64,000 nt of DNA from an uncultured Planctomycetota bacterium (lineage in GTDB: Bacteria; Planctomycetota; Planctomycetia; Isosphaerales; Isosphaeraceae). The first letter of the stretch is position 1. Each line of letters begins with the position of its first letter. Under the pieces are notes generated by a model. That model was not told the DNA's origin and searched no databases. It was given only the letters and a program-made list of their open reading frames with translations. Made by a program: the position numbers and the translations under genes. The stretch lies in assembly GCA_963845755.1 (NCBI GenBank), contig CAWJTV010000036.1:32001-96000 (forward strand), read 5' to 3'. Below, one piece after another: positions 23,201 to 33,245 of this stretch.

Positions 23201-24269
23201 TCGTGGTCCGCGCCACGGTGTCGGCCGAGTCGTTGACATTGAGCGTCGTGAAGCTGGGGGTGTTCTGGATGGTCAGGGCGCCAAGGATGCCCTGCACGCT
23301 GCCGGCGTTGCCCACGTTGACCGTGTCGTGGCCTAACTGGGAGTTCAAGGTGGTCGCCACGCCGGTAGCCCGCACGTTGACCACGTCGTCGCCCGCGCTG
23401 GTGATGAGGCTCACGCCGCTGGTGCCGGCGTACTTGTAATTGATCGCGGCCGGAGCCAGCCCGGTGATCGTGCCCCAGTTGGCCCCGCCCGAGACGAACG
23501 TGCTCAGCGTCATGGTTCGCGCCGTCGTGTCGGCCGAGTCGTTGATGTTGATCGTGTCGGCGCCGTGCGGATTCTGGATGCTCAGGGTGCCGAAGAGGGA
23601 CTGCACGCTGCCTCCGTTGCCCAGGTTGAGCGTGTCGTGACCGCCGCTCGTGCTGATGCTGGTCGGCACACCGGTGCCGAACACGCCGACCGTGTCGTTG
23701 CCCGAGCCGGTCGTGACGTTCACGCCGCTGGTGTCGGCGTACTTGTAATTGATCGCGGCCGGAGCCAGCCCGGTAATCGTGCCCCAGTTGGCCCCGCCCG
23801 AGACGAACGTGCTCAGACCGACGGTCCGCGCGACAGTGTCGGCCGAGTCGTTGATGTTGAGCGTCGTGAAGCTGGGCGGGTTCTGGACGGTCACGGCGCC
23901 GAGAATCCCCTGCACGCTGCCGGCGTTGCCCACGTTGACCGTGTCGAAGGCCGAGCCGTCGCCGAGGCTGTTGACCGTGATGGCAATGTGGGCCGAGGTG
24001 TCCAGGATGTTGATCGTGTTGCCTCCACTTCCCGTGTTGACCACGAACGGCGAAGTCGGGTTGACGAAAGTCGTCGTGACGTTGTTAACCGTCTCTCGGA
24101 CAACCGGAACTCCGGAGGAGAAGGACTCGGAGATCGTGTACGTGGAGAGGAGCGTCCGCCCCTCGAGGTCCTCCAACTGAAGCCGGAGTTTACGGCTCGG
24201 TCCCCGAGCTCTTGTGACGGCGCGAAGAGAACGGTCGTCCTGCCGATTCGATCGATTCCAGAATCTCAT
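20224..24269 (-). CDS. Large secreted repeat protein (~1350 aa, 12 x ~103-aa RTX-like repeats); frameshifts near 23062 and 20760
   Basis: N-terminal LQLEDLEGRTLLS motif; 12 copies of DTVNVGNAGSVQGILGALTIQNPPSF...GLAPAAINYKYADTS...GSGNDTVNVLATG spread across three ORFs. Confidence 0.88.
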
Positions 24270-24620
24270 TGCAGTATCCTCTCGAAGTAAGTGACCTGAT
24301 ACGCAGTCTCTCCACGGTTGACACCGAGGCAGAGGCCGACCCAACGGGACATGGGACCCAAAGCGGACCCGGGGTGGATGCTCGCCGGGCCGAGCTCAAT
24401 GCTGACGACGGTACACGCCACGGCGCGGACGCTTCCCGGAGCGCCCGGTCGGAGCGACCGGGAGTCTGGAGAGCCTGCCTCGCTCGGCGTCCGACCTGGC
24501 CGAACTGGTCGGTACGCGGCGCGTGATGGCGATTGGGAATCGCCGAGCCCTGCCCTGAGGGATGCTCGGGATCAGGGCCTCTCGAACGGACCGAAAACCC
24601 GCCCTACGAAGCCCTAACTC

Positions 24621-24662
24621 GAAGGGGACTGGCTCCGAGTCATCGAGATGCCTGTCTCCTTC
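24621..24662. repeat. REP-like palindrome, copy 1
   Basis: GGGGACTGGCTCCGAGTCATCGAGATGCCTGTCTCC; similar inverted copy at 53669-53704. Confidence 0.65.
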
Positions 24663-25526
24663 TTGTCAGGGCCTGTTAGAGGTTCTGGAAAGACCTGTTG
24701 AGAAACTGGAAGGCTTTGCAACCACCGGGGTCTTGCCAGACTCTCAAGGGTACGACTGACACCGATGAATCGGTGAGGACCATCCGTCCCAGGATCGGGA
24801 GACTGTCTGGAAACACCTCGGTCGCCTCGTCCTGCATGGCGTCCGACAAATGCCGAATCTTGCGAGGGAGACACTTCCGACTCTCCGTGATTAGGGCACG
24901 ACGATCCTCGGGTTCAGCGAACACGCCTGGGACTCCGGGCCCTCACGCCCGGCGATGGCCCGCCGTGCTCGTCAGGTCTCTATGCGACGCGGGATTACGA
25001 AACACGTCACAGAACGCTGAGCGTCTTGATATTTCTGAGGAGGGCCCGTGAGTCGCGAGGGGAGCTGATGGCGAATTCGGGGTAGCCCACCAGCCGCACC
25101 CCTGCTCGAGCAAGGACCGCACCAGCACGCGAGGAACTCGGCCTGGATCATTCAAACGGGTGTGCGGCTCGTGCGGCTTTACATCAACGGACAAATCTGG
25201 GACATTCACTCGTTGCTTGCCTCGGTGGTTGACGTCCGCCTGCGACGTAACTGTGCCCCCCCAACAGGAACACACTCGGTGGCTGAATCGCGGCTGTGGA
25301 GATCAAGCGAGGAATGATCCATGACGGGACCGATGACATCGGCCCGGCCATGGTCGAAGACAAGACAAGTGTGCCGCACCCATACACAGCGGTCCGCCTC
25401 TCCTCCGCGGTCCATCAGGCGGGATTATATGTCGAGTTCAACCGCCTGCAAGAAAGCCTCAGCTTGGTGTTCGTGGCCGGGGTCGTGTAACGGAACCTTG
25501 TCTTTCCTAACCTCCAGGAGACTCTC

Positions 25527-26567
25527 ATGCGACGGTCTGCACTCTCCGCGACCGTGGGGTTCATTCTCGGGGCCACCGTGACGGTTGCGGCTGACGACCT
25601 CGTTCCGCCAGAGGCCAGGTTGGAGTTGCTCTACACCCGAGCCGCCCCGATCCGAGGGGGACTGACGGAAGGCGTCGCCGCCGCGCCGGACGGCACGATG
25701 TACTTCTCGGAGATCCCCTTCGGTGAAGACAAAGGCATGATCATGCGGTTCGACCCACGCACGAAGTTGACCTCGGTCTTCGCCCAGGACAGTCACAAGT
25801 CGAACGGCCTGATGTTCGACGCCAAGGGCTTCCTCATCGCCTGCGAGGGCTCCGACGGCGGTGGCCGCGGCGTGGTGCGCTGGGACGTGAAGACCGGCGA
25901 GCGACGGGTCATCGCCGACCGTTTCGAAGGCAAGCGATTCAACGCCTGCAACGACCTTTGCATCGACGAGAAAGGGCGAATCTATTTCACCGACCCGCGT
26001 TACCTGGGCACCGAACCTCGCGAGCTGAAGTACCACGCCGTCTACCGGCTCGACACCGACGGGACCATCGTCGAGGTCACCCATGACGTCGAGAAGCCCA
26101 ACGGCATCGCGATCAGCCCCGACCAGAATTCACTCTATGTCGCCGATCACAACAATGGCACCGACCGGATCGACCCCACCGCCCCGAAGCCCAAACTTGG
26201 GGCGATGAAGGTCTATGCGTTTCCCCTCGGCTCGGACGGGCTCGTGAACGGCCCGCGGCGCACCCTCATCGACTTCGCCGACGAGGAAGGGAGTGACGGG
26301 ATGACCGTTGACACCGAGGGTCGAATCTACCTGGCCTCCCGTAAGCCGAGTCGCCCCGGCGTCCTCGTGATTGACCCGACCGGCAAGGAAGTGGCCTTCA
26401 TCAAGACCGGCGAGCCGCAGCAGGCCGCTCGCGAGCCCGTTGGCAACCCGAGCAATGTCGATTTTGGCATCGGCGACGATAAGAATGTGCTCTATATCAC
26501 CGTGGATAAGAGCCTTTACCGGATCCGTCTAAACGCGACCGGCTACCATCTCCCCTGGGCCGGTTGA
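25527..26567 (+). CDS. SMP-30/gluconolactonase family protein with signal peptide
   Basis: LTEG, SNGL, FNACND, PNGIAISPD, DGMTVDTEG motifs. Confidence 0.92.
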   Translation: MRRSALSATVGFILGATVTVAADDLVPPEARLELLYTRAAPIRGGLTEGVAAAPDGTMYFSEIPFGEDKGMIMRFDPRTKLTSVFAQDSHKSNGLMFDAKGFLIACEGSDGGGRGVVRWDVKTGERRVIADRFEGKRFNACNDLCIDEKGRIYFTDPRYLGTEPRELKYHAVYRLDTDGTIVEVTHDVEKPNGIAISPDQNSLYVADHNNGTDRIDPTAPKPKLGAMKVYAFPLGSDGLVNGPRRTLIDFADEEGSDGMTVDTEGRIYLASRKPSRPGVLVIDPTGKEVAFIKTGEPQQAAREPVGNPSNVDFGIGDDKNVLYITVDKSLYRIRLNATGYHLPWAG

Positions 26568-26653
26568 GGTCCATGGTGCGGGAGTTCGAGGCATGAATCC
26601 TGAGAAAACCGTAAGCGACTGCGCCGCGATTCGCAGCGTCTGAAGGCTGGGGG

Positions 26654-27589
26654 ATGTTGCCCGATGGGTGGCGTTTCGTCGAGGTGGCCGGCGTCGCGAC
26701 CGACTCGCACGACCGGGTCTTCGTTTTCAACCGGGGCGACCATCCCATCATCATCTTAGACCGCGAAGGCCGATTCATCGGCTCATGGGGAGAAAACCTC
26801 TTCGCGCGACCGCACGGGATCACGATCGGGCCTGACGATACGGTGTATTGCACCGACGATCTCGACCACACCGTGAAGATGTTCACGCCCGAGGGGAAAC
26901 CGGTGGGGATGCTGGGCAAGAGCGGATGTTCCTCGGACACGGGCGCCACCAGCATGGACTTCCGGACGATCTGCCGCGCCGGGCCGCCGTTCCATTATCC
27001 GACCAACCTGGCATTGGCCGCGGACGGTTCATTGTACATCGCCGATGGATATGGTAATGCGTGCGTCCATCGCTATACGCCTGATGGCGTACACCTCGCT
27101 TCATGGGGCGGGCCTGGCGGAGCACCTGGCGAGTTTCGGCTGCCGCACGGGATCGCCGTGGGGCCGGACGGCACGGTCGTCGTGGCCGACCGGGAGAACA
27201 GTCGCCTTCAGTTCTTCAGCCGCGACGGCTTCTTCCTCAAGGAATGGACCGACGTCGCGCGGCCCTGCCAGGTCCTCGTCGACACCGGCGGGCGCGTGTA
27301 CGTCGCGGAGCTGGGCTTCCGCGCGGGGATGTGGCCGGGTACGACCGCACCAACCCCGGACGCGCCCGGGGGACGGGTCAGCGTCTTCGATCCCGACGGC
27401 CGGCTGCTCGCCCGCTGGGGCGGTGGGTCAAACCCGTGTGCCCCCGGCGACTTCTACGCGCCCCATGACCTCTGCCTCGATTCGCGGGGCGACCTCTACG
27501 TCGGCGAAGTGACCTGGTCGGCGGGCGGCAATAGCGGCGCGGTTCCCGCCGACTGCCACTCGCTTCAGAAATTCGTCCGCCAGAGTTGA
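26654..27589 (+). CDS. NHL-repeat beta-propeller (PAL-like); true start probably 26593 with a frameshift
   Basis: Repeated PHGI, PTNLA, ADGYGN, ADRENSRLQFF motifs. Confidence 0.85.
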   Translation: MLPDGWRFVEVAGVATDSHDRVFVFNRGDHPIIILDREGRFIGSWGENLFARPHGITIGPDDTVYCTDDLDHTVKMFTPEGKPVGMLGKSGCSSDTGATSMDFRTICRAGPPFHYPTNLALAADGSLYIADGYGNACVHRYTPDGVHLASWGGPGGAPGEFRLPHGIAVGPDGTVVVADRENSRLQFFSRDGFFLKEWTDVARPCQVLVDTGGRVYVAELGFRAGMWPGTTAPTPDAPGGRVSVFDPDGRLLARWGGGSNPCAPGDFYAPHDLCLDSRGDLYVGEVTWSAGGNSGAVPADCHSLQKFVRQS

Positions 27590-27695
27590 GGACGATACGG
27601 CTCATCGGGGCCCCACGTCGGGCGTCGAACGGATGGCCCCGCAGGGCTCGTCTTCTCAGTTCGATGAACAAAATGGCTTGAATCCTTACGATGGT

Positions 27696-27803
27696 ATGAG
27701 GGCCACCCTCGATCTCGACGACGGCGTGAAGGTCAACTACCGTAAGTTTGGCGACCTGCTGGCCGAAGTCTATGTCGTAACTGGTGGCGTCGATGAGGAT
27801 TGA
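27696..27803 (+). pseudogene. pglX: C-terminal tail of BREX PglX adenine methyltransferase
   Basis: Short frame absent from the ORF track: MRATLDLDDGVKVNYRKFGDLLAEVYVVTGGVDED*, matching the LDLDDGVKVNYxKF tail I recognise from BREX-1 PglX. Confidence 0.75.
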
Positions 27804-27822
27804 GCTGCGAGACAGAACCGAG

Positions 27823-29001
27823 ATGAACATGCCCCTGAGAATCCTGAAAATCACGGCAAGGAATTTCAAGTCGCTCGTCGGGTTCGATATGGAGCTCGCG
27901 AAGTTCAACTGTTTGATCGGTCTCAACGGCGCCGGCAAGTCCACGGTCCTTCAGTTCATCGACTTCCTGGCTCAACTGGTTCGTGGCGACGTCAAGGGAT
28001 GGCTTAGTGAGCGGCACTGGAATCCCAAGGATCTTCATTCCCGGCTCTCCCCCCTCAAGAACATCCCTTTCGTCGTGACCTTGGTTTCGGAAGACGGGAA
28101 GTATCGGGGGTACTGGTCGGCGAGCTTCAACACAACGCGACTACATTGCACTGGGGAGATCATCCAATCGCGGGACGCCATTCTCAGGGTCCAGGAGGGA
28201 GAGCTCTTGATCGGCAACAGTCCTGATTTGGCGAACGTGGACGTCAACCTCAGGGAGACGATTGCGTTCAGTTATGAGGGATCAGTCTTATCCCAGCTAC
28301 GTGAGGAGATCCTCCCGCCGTCACTGATCGAGTTCAAGCGATTCTTCGCAGGCGTTCGGTCGCTCGATCTGCTCTCGCCGGAGAACTTACGTCAACGGAC
28401 CAGGGATGCGGGAGATTCGATCGGACGGGGTGGGAGGCGTTTGTCGGCGTTCGTCCATGAGCTGGGATCAGGTGGCCGGGAACAGCTCACTTCCCGATTG
28501 AAAAAGGCTTATCCCCACCTCGAGACCCTGGGAACCAAGGCTCTGCGCTCGGGTTGGAAACAATTGGAGATCCAGGAATCTTACGGCGGCAGGAAGTTGG
28601 TGACGGAGGCGAGGCATATCAATGACGGGATGCTCCGGCTCATCGCCATCCTCGCGGAGATCCAGGACGACCGCCATGAGTTCCTCCTGTTCGATGAAGT
28701 CGAGAACGGGATCAATCCGGAACTGGTCGAGTTCCTGCTCGACGCGCTCGTATCCGCTCCGCAGCAGGTGATGGTGACGACGCACAGTCCCGTGATCCTG
28801 AACTACCTGGATGACGAGATTGCCCGCGCCGGGGTGATCTACCTCTACAAGAACGAGTCGGGCGCCACGCGTGCGATTCGTTTCTTCTCGATCCCATCAC
28901 TGGCAGAGAAGTTGAAATTCATGGGCCCTGGCGAAGCGTTCGCGGATACCAACCTTACTGACCTGGCCGACGAGATCGCCCAGGTTGCCGCAGGACGATG
29001 A
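27823..29001 (+). CDS. ABC-type AAA ATPase (AAA_21/OLD-like)
   Basis: NFKSL, Walker A GLNGAGKS, signature-like INDGMLR, Walker B LLFDEVEN, H-loop TTHSP. Confidence 0.9.
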   Translation: MNMPLRILKITARNFKSLVGFDMELAKFNCLIGLNGAGKSTVLQFIDFLAQLVRGDVKGWLSERHWNPKDLHSRLSPLKNIPFVVTLVSEDGKYRGYWSASFNTTRLHCTGEIIQSRDAILRVQEGELLIGNSPDLANVDVNLRETIAFSYEGSVLSQLREEILPPSLIEFKRFFAGVRSLDLLSPENLRQRTRDAGDSIGRGGRRLSAFVHELGSGGREQLTSRLKKAYPHLETLGTKALRSGWKQLEIQESYGGRKLVTEARHINDGMLRLIAILAEIQDDRHEFLLFDEVENGINPELVEFLLDALVSAPQQVMVTTHSPVILNYLDDEIARAGVIYLYKNESGATRAIRFFSIPSLAEKLKFMGPGEAFADTNLTDLADEIAQVAAGR

Positions 29002-29732
29002 GCATGTATTTCTTGCTGAGCGGAGAAGGGCCGAGCGACCTGGGAGTTTGTCGTGATGGTGCGGATCGTTGCGAGGGAGGAGTTCTGATCCATGGTCCCA
29101 TGGCGATGTTTATCGATCGGATTGTGAGCGGGCGGCACGCGTACTCCCTGCTCGACGCCGGGTGTTATGACTTCGTCTCAGAGCGAGGTCTCAGCACGCG
29201 AGCCGTCGAGTTGAAAGCGGCGCCCAAGGCACTCGGTTTGCCCGGTAAGAAACGTGCGAAAGAGACGCGGTACTTCTTCAACAATGCCCGGGTTCTGGCG
29301 AGGATCGCCGGAGAGTCAATGGTAGTCAAGCGAGACGACGTCGTCGCGATCCTCTTCAGGGACTCCGATGGCACGGCATCCGCCGGGCGGGGCCTTTGGG
29401 AGGATAAACGTCGATCCATGCTCGATGGTTTCGCGGAAGAGCGTTTCCCGCGCGGCGTGCCGATGATCCCCAAGCCCAAGTCGGAGGCGTGGTTGTTGTG
29501 TGCCCTCAAGCCCAACTCCTATCAGAGCTGCGCGGATCTGGAGGACCGGTCCGGCAACGACAACTCGCCGAATTCGCTCAAGAGAGAGCTGAATCAACGG
29601 CTGAGCGGCGATGCGCCTCTGGTCGAGGCGCTTTGTGGGATGATCGAAGATGGTACGATCGATGTTGATAGGATCCAGATGCATAGCTTTTTGGCGTTTC
29701 GTTCGCGTTTGGAAGAGGTGATTTCCCAGTGA
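28998..29732 (+). CDS. Hypothetical TOPRIM-like (DUF4276/RloB-like) protein coupled to the ATPase
   Basis: ATGA overlap with the ATPase; GEGPSD, FRDSD and SEAWLL acidic motifs. Confidence 0.65.
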   Translation: MSMYFLLSGEGPSDLGVCRDGADRCEGGVLIHGPMAMFIDRIVSGRHAYSLLDAGCYDFVSERGLSTRAVELKAAPKALGLPGKKRAKETRYFFNNARVLARIAGESMVVKRDDVVAILFRDSDGTASAGRGLWEDKRRSMLDGFAEERFPRGVPMIPKPKSEAWLLCALKPNSYQSCADLEDRSGNDNSPNSLKRELNQRLSGDAPLVEALCGMIEDGTIDVDRIQMHSFLAFRSRLEEVISQ

Positions 29733-29845
29733 TGACAGATGACTCCTTACGAAGGCACAAAGCACACGCATCGATCCAGACATCCGGACACAACCGGACA
29801 TGCCGCGAACTGAAAGAAAACCGCGAGACGTCTCAGGAGTCGATC

Positions 29846-30937
29846 ATGAAAGCCTGGCGATTCCACGGTTTCGGCGACATGCGGCTCGACGAGGTCCCGG
29901 AGCTGGTTTGCCGGCCGGGCCACGTGATCGCCGAACCGCTCTGCGTGCAGCCCAGCGTCACCGAGGCCCAGCTCGCCTTCGGCATCCCGACCCTCGCCTA
30001 TGAGGCCATCAAACGCCGGCTCGAGACCGAGGCCCCCGTGCAGCTCTTCGGCCATGAGTTCTGCGCCCGAGTCGTCGAGGTTGGACCAGGCGTCACGCGG
30101 GTTCGGCCGGGCGATCGCGTGGCGGCGCGAGCGAAACTGCCCTGCGGCTCCTGCTCGTTCTGTCTCGACGGCAAGGACCACCTCTGCCGCAAGGGACCGA
30201 TCATCGGCTTCCAGCTTCCCGGCTGTTTCGCCGAGCGAGCCCTCCTCCCCGAGATCGCGCTGGTGCGCGTGGACGATCGGATCTCGGACAGCGAGGCCGC
30301 CTGCTTACAATCCCTCAGCGACAGCGTCGCGGCCGTCGAGACCGCCGGCATCGCCATCGGCGATTCCGTCGCGATCTACGGGCAAGGGAGCATGGGTCTG
30401 GAGTGCCTCCAGATCGCCCGCTCCAGCGGTGCCGGATTGATCGTCACCGTCGACGTGCGCGACGAATCCTGCCGGGTCTCTCGAGAACTTGGAGCGGACC
30501 TTGCCGTGAATGCCCGGGCCGACGATCCCGTCGCCGCCATCCAGCGGCTGACCGGCGGCAATGGCGCCGATGTCGTCTTCGAATGCGCGGGAGGGAGCCC
30601 GAAGCAGGGCCTCGCGGGCACTCGGTCGTTGATGCAGGCGATCGAGTCGGTCCGCTCCGGGGGCAAGCTTGTCGGTGTCTCCTGGTTCGGCGCTCCGCTG
30701 CAACTCGACGTCAACCTCCTGCGCGAGCGCAGCCTCCGATTTCTCTTTCCAGACATCAGCACGCTGGCCCACCTGGAACATACGGTCCGGCTGGTGGCCT
30801 CGGGTCGCGTGAGGCTGAAATCGACGATCACGCACGTCCTGTCCGGCCTTGAAACGGTTCCCCAGGCGTTCGAGATCACGGCGAACAAGGGGAAATACCA
30901 GGCGATCAACCCCGCGCAGGTGGTCCTATGTCAATAG
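29846..30937 (+). CDS. Zinc-dependent (MDR) alcohol/sugar dehydrogenase
   Basis: GHE motif, structural-zinc CGSCSFC...C, GQGSMG. Confidence 0.9.
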   Translation: MKAWRFHGFGDMRLDEVPELVCRPGHVIAEPLCVQPSVTEAQLAFGIPTLAYEAIKRRLETEAPVQLFGHEFCARVVEVGPGVTRVRPGDRVAARAKLPCGSCSFCLDGKDHLCRKGPIIGFQLPGCFAERALLPEIALVRVDDRISDSEAACLQSLSDSVAAVETAGIAIGDSVAIYGQGSMGLECLQIARSSGAGLIVTVDVRDESCRVSRELGADLAVNARADDPVAAIQRLTGGNGADVVFECAGGSPKQGLAGTRSLMQAIESVRSGGKLVGVSWFGAPLQLDVNLLRERSLRFLFPDISTLAHLEHTVRLVASGRVRLKSTITHVLSGLETVPQAFEITANKGKYQAINPAQVVLCQ

Positions 30938-32253
30938 GCGGATCGGACGCATCCCCGCGCCGCGAGATCCAGAGTCTGCGCGACCTGTCGCCGTACCAGT
31001 GGAAGTCCGGGATCGCCGCCTGGCTCGGCTGGCTGTTCGACGGCCTGGACATGCATCTATATGTCCTGGTCGCGGCCCCGTTTGTCGCCGAGCTGATCGG
31101 GGTGACCGACACGCGGAACGAGGTCGTCGGCTGGTACAGCTCATGGATCCAGGCTGCGTTCCTGGTCGGCTGGGCACTCGGCGGCGGCTTCTTCGGTCGC
31201 GTCGGCGACCTGATCGGCCGCAGCCGCACGCTCTGCCTGACGATCCTCACCTACGCGCTCTTTACCGGCCTGGCCTTCTTCGTGCAGACCTGGTGGCAAC
31301 TGCTCATCGTCCGATTCCTGGCCGCCCTCGGCATCGGCGGCGAGTGGGCGGTCGGCGCCTCGCTGCTGTCGGAGACGTGGCCTCGCCGCTGGCGTCCCTG
31401 GATCGCGGCCGTGCTCCAGAGCGGCGTCAACGTCGGAATCCTGCTGGCCTCGTGCGCGACGTTTCTGCTGGCGGGCCAGAACCCCCGCGTGGTCTTCCTG
31501 GTCGGCGTGCTGCCGGCCCTCCTTGTGTTATGGGTCCGCCGTGAGGTCCCCGAGACCGAGGAATGGCGAGCGGCCAAACGGCAGGCGACCGATGCGAGTC
31601 CGGGCATCGTCAACCTGTTCCGCGGCGAGGTCCGCCGCACGACCATCCTCACGATCCTGGTTTGCTCCGTGAGCCTGACAGCCCACTGGGCCTTCATTTT
31701 CTGGTACCAGCAACATTTGCGGAACCTGCCGGATGTGATCGACATGTCTCCCGTCCGGAAGAACGAACTGGCCAGCGTCGCCAACCTCCTGGTGATGGTG
31801 GCGTCCATCCTCGGCAACTTCCTCGCGGCGAAACTGGCCCTGGTGATGGGCTACCGGCGGTCGATCGCGCTCTTGTGCCTGGCTTACGGGCTGGCCATGG
31901 TCGCGATCTACATCGTGCCGCGCAGCCACACCACCTTGCTGGCCCTTCTTCCGATCATGGGCGCAGCGAGCGGCCTGTTCGCGCTCTTCACGATGTATCT
32001 GCCGCCGCTATTCCCGGTCTTGCTGAGAACGACCGGGGCCGGCTTCTGTTACAACATCGGTCGCATCGCCGCGGCGGCCGGAACCGTCATCTTCGGGCTA
32101 TTCTCAAACGTGGGGGACTATCGGATTGCCCTCCTCTGCGCCGGGTTGCTTTTCCTGCCGGCGACGCTCCTCGCCTTGTGGTTACCCGATCTCCCCGATC
32201 ATCATCCTGAGACATTATCCGTCGGCATTGAGGGCACTCGCATCGTGGATTGA
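30928..32253 (+). CDS. MFS transporter
   Basis: About 12 hydrophobic segments; FDGLD, GDLIGR, GIGGEW, YNIGR motifs. Confidence 0.92.
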   Translation: MSIGGSDASPRREIQSLRDLSPYQWKSGIAAWLGWLFDGLDMHLYVLVAAPFVAELIGVTDTRNEVVGWYSSWIQAAFLVGWALGGGFFGRVGDLIGRSRTLCLTILTYALFTGLAFFVQTWWQLLIVRFLAALGIGGEWAVGASLLSETWPRRWRPWIAAVLQSGVNVGILLASCATFLLAGQNPRVVFLVGVLPALLVLWVRREVPETEEWRAAKRQATDASPGIVNLFRGEVRRTTILTILVCSVSLTAHWAFIFWYQQHLRNLPDVIDMSPVRKNELASVANLLVMVASILGNFLAAKLALVMGYRRSIALLCLAYGLAMVAIYIVPRSHTTLLALLPIMGAASGLFALFTMYLPPLFPVLLRTTGAGFCYNIGRIAAAAGTVIFGLFSNVGDYRIALLCAGLLFLPATLLALWLPDLPDHHPETLSVGIEGTRIVD

Positions 32254-32338
32254 CCGTGTCGAGCTAACGCGGCCTTCGGCCGCAACTCAAGAGGGATTCA
32301 CGATTCCCAATTCCGGATTCCGGATGAAGAAGGATTCG

Positions 32339-32570
32339 GGAATCTGGAGTCTCGAATTCGGAATCTGGAATCTGGAATCTGGAATCTGGAATCTGGAGTC
32401 TGGAGTCTCGAATTTGGAATCTCGGAATCTCGAATCCGGAATCTCGAATCCGGAATCTCGAATCCGGAATCTGGAATCTCGAATCCGGAATCTCGAATCC
32501 GGAATCTCGAATCCGGAATCTCGAATCCGGAATCTCGAATCCGGAATCTCGAGTCCGGAATCCGGAATCG
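32339..32570 (+). repeat. Heptamer tandem array (~33 units of GGAATCT/CGAATCC)
   Basis: Read directly; second half is a 14-bp higher-order repeat; short inverted units at ~32293-32325. Confidence 0.95.
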
Positions 32571-32726
32571 AAGGATCCCCGAGATCGCGTGCGCACGACG
32601 CAGGGATCCTACGGAGGGAGACTCTTATTCGGAGATCGGCAGCTTGCCAGCGGAAAGGGATTTGCTGCTCGACGCCGCGACGATCGACCTGCGCGATAGG
32701 TCGTGTGCGAGACTCTCGATCCCGCG

Positions 32727-33229
32727 CTATTCATGCTCCTCGCCCCTCTCGCGTCGTCCCAGGCTGTTGACCGTGCTGGTGGCGGCGTAGATGAGATCGG
32801 GGACCACCGGCCCATCGGTGCGATAAGCGCCCGTGCCGCCCTGGTACCGGCGTCCGTGCGACCAGCCCAGGATCACGCGGCGTCGGAAATGCGCGGCACC
32901 GGTTTCGTCCCAGCCCCAGGTCCCCTCGTCGCGCCGGCGGGCTTCACCCTGGCGATGGCCATGGCCGATCGGGACGCCACCGCCGACATAGTAACCGATT
33001 CCGCCGGGCGTCGCGCTCGGCTCCAGGTGACCGGCCGGCGTTCGCGGGTAGCCCCGCGGTCGTCGGTGTGCGGGATGAACCGCGGCTCGCCCGGCGGCGG
33101 CGTCCCCTCTTTCTTCTGGTGATGACGGGCGAAGAGGTGGAATCGCCGGGACGGGTCCTCGGCGTACGCCGCGACGCCGGCAGCCAGGATCTGGCCCGCC
33201 AGGATGGCTCGCAACACGGATGCTCGCAT
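32727..33229 (-). CDS. Small secreted hypothetical protein (frameshift near 33055)
   Basis: Signal-like MRASVLRAILAGQILAAGVAAYAE; corrected frame GYYVGGG...EGTWGWD...LGWSHGRRYQGGTGAYRTDGP; 16 nt downstream of the GlcG-domain gene. Confidence 0.65.
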
Positions 33230-33245
33230 CAGCTCCCTCCGAGGA

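Noticed and set aside
20243..24290. Long plus-strand ORFs over the repeat-protein gene, and similar antisense ORFs elsewhere
   Set aside because: Shadow frames of high-GC coding sequence on the opposite strand; no motifs
24660..25500. Genes or IS remnants in this intergenic stretch
   Set aside because: Only short ORFs without recognisable motifs; CCTGTT-type IS-end-like words have no partner or TSD
32126..32770. ORF with NLES/RIRN repeats, or a CRISPR array
   Set aside because: It is the translation of the heptamer satellite; there are no unique spacers and no cas genes
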